IMG/VR virus record: IMGVR_UViG_3300038530_001055
Location: 1-30,645 of that record
From: a virus
Taxonomy: Duplodnaviria > Caudoviricetes
Reading direction: 5' to 3' (one strand)
DNA length: 30,645 bases
How positions within the stretch are numbered: the first letter of the stretch is position 1; each line of letters begins with the position of its first letter. The translations under genes were made by a program, and so were the position numbers. This document shows, piece by piece, positions 25,306 to 30,645 of this stretch. Below the pieces are notes generated by a model, which made no database searches, was not told where the DNA came from, and saw only the letters and a program-made list of their open reading frames with translations.

Positions 25306-26480
25306 TAAGCGGCCTCCTCATCCCAAACAGGGTTTTGATCTGGTGTGACTGTTGAATAGTTTGGCGTTTGACTTGCTGTTACCTCAGAGTATGTATCAGA
25401 TGTGTCTATTCTAATGTCACCATACACCAACACATTACCAATATTTCCTGTGGTTGACAATCCTGTTACAGAAAAGATGGCATCTAACCTAAAGGTTAAA
25501 GCAGACTCTCCTAGAACCTCGGCAAGGGCTTCAACGCCCGTAACATCAACGGCTGTGATTAATTCTACTGTTTCATTGCCAAGACTTGTTGTTCCTTCAA
25601 CTCCTGTAGGCTCAAATGTAGCATCACCTGTTACGGTTTCATCGCCTACTGATGTGGTCCCTTCCACACCAGAAACAGCAAATAGAATGGATAATAATAT
25701 GCTTTCATCACCCAAACCTGTAGTTGCGCTTACTCCTGTTGCTGCAACACCAACAGAAATACTTACAGCTTCATCCCCAAGTGATGTTGTGCCCTCCTCA
25801 CCAGAAGGAAAGACAGTGCAAGAAAGAGAAAAGTCTACATCTCCTGTATCTGTAGTTGCGCTTACCCCTGTCGGTTCTGTAACTACCGAAATAGCAACTG
25901 TTTCGTTGCCCACCGAGGCGGTAGCAGATACACCTGTTAAACTTACAAGAGCAGAGCCAACAACCGTTTCGTTGCCTACACTACCTGTTGCAGATACACC
26001 TGTAGCCATTACAGGAATGATTGCTTCTTCTTCTCCAAGTGCGGTGGTAGCAGATACACCTGTCACAGAAACATTAGCATCTCCTACTACGGACTCATCA
26101 CCTAAACCACTTGTTACAGCTTGCCCAGATACTCCAGCTACACCAGCCCCTATAATTGTTGGTGAACCTGTTCCTCCTGTCGCTTCAACACCTGTAGAAG
26201 CAGTCGTAGAGGACCCCGTTACAGTTTCATTTCCTAAAGAAGATGTGGAAGATACACCTGTTACATCAAAAGCTACAGATGTGATTACGGTTTCATTACC
26301 CAAACTAATTGTGGCAGACACCCCAGAAGGTGCTGCAACAGCATTTAAATCGGTGGCTACCGACTCGTTACCTAAACTCGCTGTAGCAGATACCCCTGTT
26401 ACAGGAACTTCAACTAGAGCACCGATTGTGCCAAGAGAAGCAAAGGAGTCTTCAGCAAATGCTACTGCGCCAAAAAACAT
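25305..26480 (-). CDS. Acidic repeat-containing virion protein (~15 x 22-aa repeats)
   Basis: Repeat consensus xTGVSATxSLGxExV; AGGAGG RBS; located in the tail module. Confidence 0.8.
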   Translation of the reverse strand: MFFGAVAFAEDSFASLGTIGALVEVPVTGVSATASLGNESVATDLNAVAAPSGVSATISLGNETVITSVAFDVTGVSSTSSLGNETVTGSSTTASTGVEATGGTGSPTIIGAGVAGVSGQAVTSGLGDESVVGDANVSVTGVSATTALGEEEAIIPVMATGVSATGSVGNETVVGSALVSLTGVSATASVGNETVAISVVTEPTGVSATTDTGDVDFSLSCTVFPSGEEGTTSLGDEAVSISVGVAATGVSATTGLGDESILLSILFAVSGVEGTTSVGDETVTGDATFEPTGVEGTTSLGNETVELITAVDVTGVEALAEVLGESALTFRLDAIFSVTGLSTTGNIGNVLVYGDIRIDTSDTYSEVTASQTPNYSTVTPDQNPVWDEEAA

Positions 26481-26488
26481 TTATCCTC

Positions 26489-26899
26489 CTATGCTAAGTC
26501 TCCAAACAGCAGTATTGGATTAAAATCTTCATCGTATACTGTTGCTCCACCAGATGTATTGCTTGGATATCCAACAGTAAATCTAAACGCCCCAGCAGTT
26601 TGTCCATCTGTATATTTAGAGGAAGTTCTAGCACTAACACCTGTTGTCTCATTATGACTGTTTATCACAAACATATAAGTGGTGTTACCCATGTTACTAG
26701 TTAAATTGAAAGTATAATCACCAGTTCCGTTGTCTGTCATTGTAGTGGCATTTAAAGAAGAATTTGTAATTACTTCTGCTGTCCCTGTACCATCAATCAT
26801 TCCATATGCTTTAGCACTACCCCCTGCTACAAAAGAAGTAGCAATAGAGTTATTACCACTGGCATCCTTTAGTGTATTTACTCTAAGTTCGCTTGCCAT
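26489..26899 (-). CDS. Small tail-fibre-associated protein, 'GDLA' paralog
   Basis: MASELRVNTL N-terminus, AKAY...SLN...TDNGTGDY core, C-terminal GDLA. Confidence 0.75.
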   Translation of the reverse strand: MASELRVNTLKDASGNNSIATSFVAGGSAKAYGMIDGTGTAEVITNSSLNATTMTDNGTGDYTFNLTSNMGNTTYMFVINSHNETTGVSARTSSKYTDGQTAGAFRFTVGYPSNTSGGATVYDEDFNPILLFGDLA

Positions 26900-27324
26900 T
26901 ACGCTAAATCTCCGTGATTAGAACTACTTATATAAACCAAAGTAGAGTCAGCACCACCATCTGTAGTAAAACCATTTATATAAATTTCAGAAGCAGAATT
27001 AGGCATATTCAAAATCATTCTATTTCTTGCGTCTGCATCAGGATAAGAATCAGCCGCAGAACCTGAACCTGAATAATCATCATTCCCAAAATTATTAGTT
27101 ACTGTTAAAGTCCAAAGACCACTACCTCTATCTGTTAAAGTAGCCACATTTAAACTGTCTCTTATGGTATCATCCGTTCCATTAAAATTAGACCAACATT
27201 TTGCCAACCCTTGCTGTAAATTTGTAGTCTTGCCAGTAGAATCGCTAGATGTAACACCAGCTTCACCAAAGATTGTAGTGCTACCACTTGCTATGAGATT
27301 TGCTAAGTCAGATGCCCTACTCAT
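26899..27324 (-). CDS. Small tail-fibre-associated protein, 'GDLA' paralog
   Basis: Start reassigned to MSRASDLA (ATGA overlap at 27324-27321); TTNLQQGLAKCW; C-terminal GDLA. Confidence 0.75.
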   Translation of the reverse strand: MSRASDLANLIASGSTTIFGEAGVTSSDSTGKTTNLQQGLAKCWSNFNGTDDTIRDSLNVATLTDRGSGLWTLTVTNNFGNDDYSGSGSAADSYPDADARNRMILNMPNSASEIYINGFTTDGGADSTLVYISSSNHGDLA

Positions 27325-27710
27325 GCTAAATCTCCTGAACACATACCATTTGAAGAACCATCTGCATAATTTCCAGAATAATTCACAGTTTCTAAACCAA
27401 ATGTACTAGCAGTTTTTGCGTTAGCATGATAAGGATAATTAGCTATAGTACCTTGTGTTACACACCAATCGGTAGCTGTGTTCATTGGGTTTGTTAAAGT
27501 TATAGTTGTTCGACCTGAGTTATCATCACTAAAACTACTATTATTAAAACTATCCCCAACAGTTCCTGCACTCGAACTTGCACTTACTGTCCATGCTTTT
27601 AATAAACCTTGCTGAAGATTCGTAGTCGTACTGTTGCCTTCGCCTGTCACATCTATTGACCCAGCCGTAGCAACCCCTGTAATTTTATCTACTTTTAGTT
27701 CACTAGCCAT
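27321..27710 (-). CDS. Small tail-fibre-associated protein, 'GDLA' paralog
   Basis: MASELKVDKI, TTNLQQGLLKAW, DSFN.SS..D..SG, C-terminal GDLA. Confidence 0.75.
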   Translation of the reverse strand: MASELKVDKITGVATAGSIDVTGEGNSTTTNLQQGLLKAWTVSASSSAGTVGDSFNNSSFSDDNSGRTTITLTNPMNTATDWCVTQGTIANYPYHANAKTASTFGLETVNYSGNYADGSSNGMCSGDLA

Positions 27711-28099
27711 TATGCGAGACTCCCAGAAAGAAGAAAATAGTGTAGGTTATCTTGGGCGGCATTACTATCTGCATCGTTTGTTCTTGTTAAAACAGAACTA
27801 GTAGTAGAAGAGGGTCTATGGGTAATGCAGTTATTAGTTTCCAGAGTAATACCAGTTATAATAAATTGATTAGTAGACAAGTTATTTGTAACGTTTGCTG
27901 TTGATAATCCAGTTCCGTCATCAGAATTAGAACTTACATTGAAATTTTCACTGCTTGCAGTATTTTGTGCCATATCATATCTTGTTGTAGAGGATAAGTT
28001 GAAGGCATTTCTAATATGAAGTGCTTGTAGTTTAGTCAAACCAACAGGACTAGTGCCATCTTTTGCCGCAATCGTATCTACATTTAATACACTGGTCAT
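27710..28099 (-). CDS. Small tail-fibre-associated protein, divergent 'GDLA' paralog (ends GSLA)
   Basis: MTSVLNVDTI, FNVSSNSDDGTG core. Confidence 0.72.
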   Translation of the reverse strand: MTSVLNVDTIAAKDGTSPVGLTKLQALHIRNAFNLSSTTRYDMAQNTASSENFNVSSNSDDGTGLSTANVTNNLSTNQFIITGITLETNNCITHRPSSTTSSVLTRTNDADSNAAQDNLHYFLLSGSLA

Positions 28100-28554
28100 A
28101 CAATACTCCAGTAGCCATTAACAGTGACTGTAGCACTCTGTGTAATAGGACCTGCTGACATACCATTCTCATCTGCATCAATCGTAAGGTCATTGCTTAT
28201 TGTTTGACCATTAAGACGTATAATACTATTATTACCTTTAAATGGATATCGAGTGTCAGACTCTGTTTTGGTATATGTTTCTGGCACACTAAATACATCA
28301 TAAACAACCATCTCAAGAACATCGTTACCTTGTGCGCCTGTTGTTAGCGTTACAGTTGTGCCATTTGTTGCCGCATAGTCAGTGGTTGGTTTAAGCAAGA
28401 CACCGTTTTGATATACGTCCATAAACATACCATCTGTGTATGTAAGGGTGTTAGAGGCACTATCACTTCCAGAAAATGCTGTCTGCCCATCTGTAGCTGT
28501 ATACAAAAATCTCGTTCTTACACCGTTTGTTGGACTTTTTCCTATATATGGCAT
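28096..28554 (-). CDS. Tail-fibre-related structural protein (152 aa)
   Basis: MPYIGKSP, TAT.GQT.F, DVYQNGVLL..TDY...NGTTVTL domain; C-terminal NGMSAGPIT...W.IV module. Confidence 0.7.
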   Translation of the reverse strand: MPYIGKSPTNGVRTRFLYTATDGQTAFSGSDSASNTLTYTDGMFMDVYQNGVLLKPTTDYAATNGTTVTLTTGAQGNDVLEMVVYDVFSVPETYTKTESDTRYPFKGNNSIIRLNGQTISNDLTIDADENGMSAGPITQSATVTVNGYWSIV

Positions 28555-28558
28555 TCAA

Positions 28559-29113
28559 TCATCCTAAAGCTGTAATTTTTATTTGCGGCCTGTGAAACTG
28601 AGAACTAGCGGCTCCATCCCAGTATATTGTCTGATGTAATTTCATCTCGTTACTACTTCCATATTCTCTAAATTGTAATTTCAATGTTTTGGCAGAAGAC
28701 CAAGAAGATTGTCTTCCAGTGTCTGTGTCGGCTGTGCCACCTATAGGAATTACCCACTTAAAATTAACTTGTGTCCCTTCATACCCACCTGATTCCGTCA
28801 CTCTAGCATCAACAACTTCGTTACTATCTATAAAAAATTTTTGATGATGTATGCCATTCTGGTCAACATTAGCTACTAAATAAGAAAATTCATATATCAC
28901 ACAAGTCGCTCCTGTTGGTGGAGTATAATCTATTGAGCTTCCTGAAATATCTACATAAGACGTTGTGCCATTTTGTACTGCTGTAACATTTGTGGTAGTA
29001 TATGTACCACTTGATACGGTGTAACTTTGACCATCACACAAAGCGGCAAGTGTCTCCAAAGTTCTTCCACTTGAAGGAGCTATTCCTGCTGGTCTAACTT
29101 GTGTCAGTGCCAT
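28559..29113 (-). CDS. Tail-fibre-associated protein, paralog of 29971-30537
   Basis: Shared CDGQS....SGTY...NVT, GSSI.Y.PP.G...VIY, W.IPIGG.AD, FHRP.I..TA.G. Confidence 0.72.
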   Translation of the reverse strand: MALTQVRPAGIAPSSGRTLETLAALCDGQSYTVSSGTYTTTNVTAVQNGTTSYVDISGSSIDYTPPTGATCVIYEFSYLVANVDQNGIHHQKFFIDSNEVVDARVTESGGYEGTQVNFKWVIPIGGTADTDTGRQSSWSSAKTLKLQFREYGSSNEMKLHQTIYWDGAASSQFHRPQIKITALG

Positions 29114-29122
29114 AGCCTACTC

Positions 29123-29497
29123 CTATGCGTATGGACTTGCACCTAATACGCTTGTATCCCATGCGGCTTTTAACTCTGCAATCGTTTTTGCATCTGTTAT
29201 AGCTTTTGCCGCTGGTGCATCACGAAGAGCCTTCTTTTTATTTACAGAATTAGTCTTTGCTGTTGCATCATCTGCCTCAAGTGCCTTCATGTACACAACG
29301 TCTTCTGCTTCTAACAAAGGCTTTCTTACCTCTCTTATTTTATCTTTAAAAATTTCTTTTGCAGTGGCTAAGTCTTCTGATATTACACTTCCATCAAGTG
29401 TCCAAGCACCACGAAAATGACGATCAGACGGCTTAGTAACACTAGCGGCATTTGCCTGATTGCCGTCCTTATCTACTATATATGTTGTTACAGCCAT
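29123..29497 (-). CDS. Phage tail (fibre) assembly chaperone-like protein
   Basis: IREVRKPLL...D...MKALE...KKALRDAP motif. Confidence 0.7.
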   Translation of the reverse strand: MAVTTYIVDKDGNQANAASVTKPSDRHFRGAWTLDGSVISEDLATAKEIFKDKIREVRKPLLEAEDVVYMKALEADDATAKTNSVNKKKALRDAPAAKAITDAKTIAELKAAWDTSVLGASPYA

Positions 29498-29508
29498 CTA
29501 AATCTCCT

Positions 29509-29967
29509 TTACGCGGCTAGTTCTTCAGAGATACGCCAAGCGTTTCTCCACTCTCTTGTTGCAGGAAGTTGATTCTTCCTACAGATAACCATCTTTGGAC
29601 GATTACCTTCATCCCAATTCTTCCAAACGTGTTCTGGTATGTCCTTCTGAATTAAGTATTCCATTGCTTCTTCCTCTGTCATCGCCTTGATAGGCTCTGT
29701 CTGATGTAACAAATACCCACGAGTATGCTTCTTAAAATCAGGTTGAGATTCATCTTTCTTTAATTCCCAGTATACCCAAACAGGAGGCAATATACCACCC
29801 TGTAAAGCACACGCCATCCAATTAGGGTCAGGAACAAGTATCTTTGCACATTCGTCTATCTTGTCCTCATATACAACACGGTAGTCTGATTGCACTCCGT
29901 CTAGGTTTTCTTTAGCCCAACATAGCCTGTCAAATAAATGTATGCCTTGAAACTGTGGTGTATCCAT
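29509..29967 (-). CDS. Conserved tail-module protein adjacent to the chaperone (152 aa)
   Basis: ILVPDPNW, MTEEEAMEYLIQKDIP, LP..REWRNAW motifs; the RxAW motif is echoed in the next gene (RHFRGAW). Confidence 0.65.
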   Translation of the reverse strand: MDTPQFQGIHLFDRLCWAKENLDGVQSDYRVVYEDKIDECAKILVPDPNWMACALQGGILPPVWVYWELKKDESQPDFKKHTRGYLLHQTEPIKAMTEEEAMEYLIQKDIPEHVWKNWDEGNRPKMVICRKNQLPATREWRNAWRISEELAA

Positions 29968-29970
29968 TGT

Positions 29971-30537
29971 TTATCCTATAGCTGTTACTGATATTTTAGG
30001 TCTGTGAAACACATCTGTTCCACTACCATCCCAATGTTGAGTGCTATGAAGTATGGCATCATTGCTACTGCTATAATCTCTAGCCTGTATTTTTAAAGTT
30101 TTAAGAGTAGTCCAACTTGATAGTCTGCCCGTTGTACCAACATCTGCAGCTCCTCCTATTGGTATTATCCATTCAAAACTAGCTTGTAACTGTTGATATT
30201 GTCCTCCATAAGTAGTTCTTGCATCAGTTACTTCATCATCATCTATATAAAATCTATGATGTGATAAGCCATGAGTATCAACATGAGTCATCATAAATGA
30301 TAATTTGTATATTACTTGTTTTGTTCCTTCAGGCGGTTTGTAAGTAATTGATGAACCTTTCTGGTCAGCATAGCTTGTAGAAAGAGTTTGAGAACTTGTT
30401 ACATTTTCTAAAGAATATGTGCCACTAAGTGTAGTAATAGATTGACCATCACAAATACCGCCAACCATCTCAAGTATTCTACCAGTGCCTTTAGTATTAT
30501 CTAACAACAGGAGATTATCTACTTTTAAGGTACTCAT
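29971..30537 (-). CDS. Tail-fibre-associated protein, paralog of 28559-29113
   Basis: Start reassigned to MSTLKVDNL (ATGA overlap at 30537-30534); body aligns by eye with 28559-29113. Confidence 0.72.
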   Translation of the reverse strand: MSTLKVDNLLLLDNTKGTGRILEMVGGICDGQSITTLSGTYSLENVTSSQTLSTSYADQKGSSITYKPPEGTKQVIYKLSFMMTHVDTHGLSHHRFYIDDDEVTDARTTYGGQYQQLQASFEWIIPIGGAADVGTTGRLSSWTTLKTLKIQARDYSSSNDAILHSTQHWDGSGTDVFHRPKISVTAIG

Positions 30538-30645
30538 GCTAAGTCTCCATGACATGAAACACCTACAGTTTGAACGTCCACAAATCCGCTATTATAAGCA
30601 CCTATCTTCGCAACAGAGGTTGTTCTTTCAGCATCTATGCTTCCA
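30534..30645 (-). CDS. 3' end of another 'GDLA' paralog (partial, runs off the window)
   Basis: Hand translation ...GSIDAERTTSVAKIGAYNSGFVDVQTVGVSCHGDLA*. Confidence 0.7.
   Translation of the reverse strand, partial: GSIDAERTTSVAKIGAYNSGFVDVQTVGVSCHGDLA

Larger units (their letters stand above)
1..30645. mobile_element. Fragment of a tailed dsDNA phage genome (podovirus-like), with convergent replication (+) and morphogenesis/lysis (-) arms
   Basis: Dense overlapping ORFs; phage-type PolA, primase and helicases; endolysin; tail and ejection proteins; no cellular housekeeping genes; strand switch at ~12100-12280. Confidence 0.95.

Noticed and set aside
25402-26523. 373-aa ORF on the + strand antisense to the repeat protein
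   Set aside because: Shadow ORF expected from the biased Thr/Gly/Val/Ser codons of the real minus-strand gene; no RBS and wrong strand for the module
26489-30645. Diversity-generating retroelement or invertase shufflon behind the paralog array
   Set aside because: No reverse transcriptase or recombinase in the window, no near-identical TR/VR pair, and all cassettes are co-oriented

Overview
The whole window is a fragment of a tailed dsDNA bacteriophage genome, most likely a marine podovirus-like phage of an alphaproteobacterial host (inferred from gene content, not from a search). It has two convergent arms. Plus strand (1-12101): a translationally coupled run of small early ORFs including a SleB-type cell-wall hydrolase, then a replication module with SNF2 helicase, a ribbon-helix-helix regulator missed by the ORF track, SSB-like protein, AEP primase, UvrD-like helicase and family A DNA polymerase with Leu at the 762-equivalent site. 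Minus strand (30645-12107): a tail/fibre module with an array of small paralogous genes, a 22-aa-repeat protein, a P22 gp10-like tail-hub gene, ejection proteins and a GH108 endolysin. No terminase, portal, capsid, integrase, tRNA or CRISPR array is visible. The most unusual observations are: (1) a ~145-nt multi-stem element with crossing pairings upstream of the primase that could gate its RBS; (2) an unannotated 27-aa transmembrane peptide after the endolysin whose RBS and start codon lie inside a long hairpin, next to an IHF-consensus site; (3) the gp10-like gene split in two by an insertion resembling the repeats of a neighbouring gene; (4) an adhesin-like protein whose anchor motif is split by a ~480-aa duplicated insert; (5) a cassette-like 'GDLA' paralog array in which the conserved C-terminal codons double as the RBS of the next gene. 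All family assignments come from motif recognition by eye.
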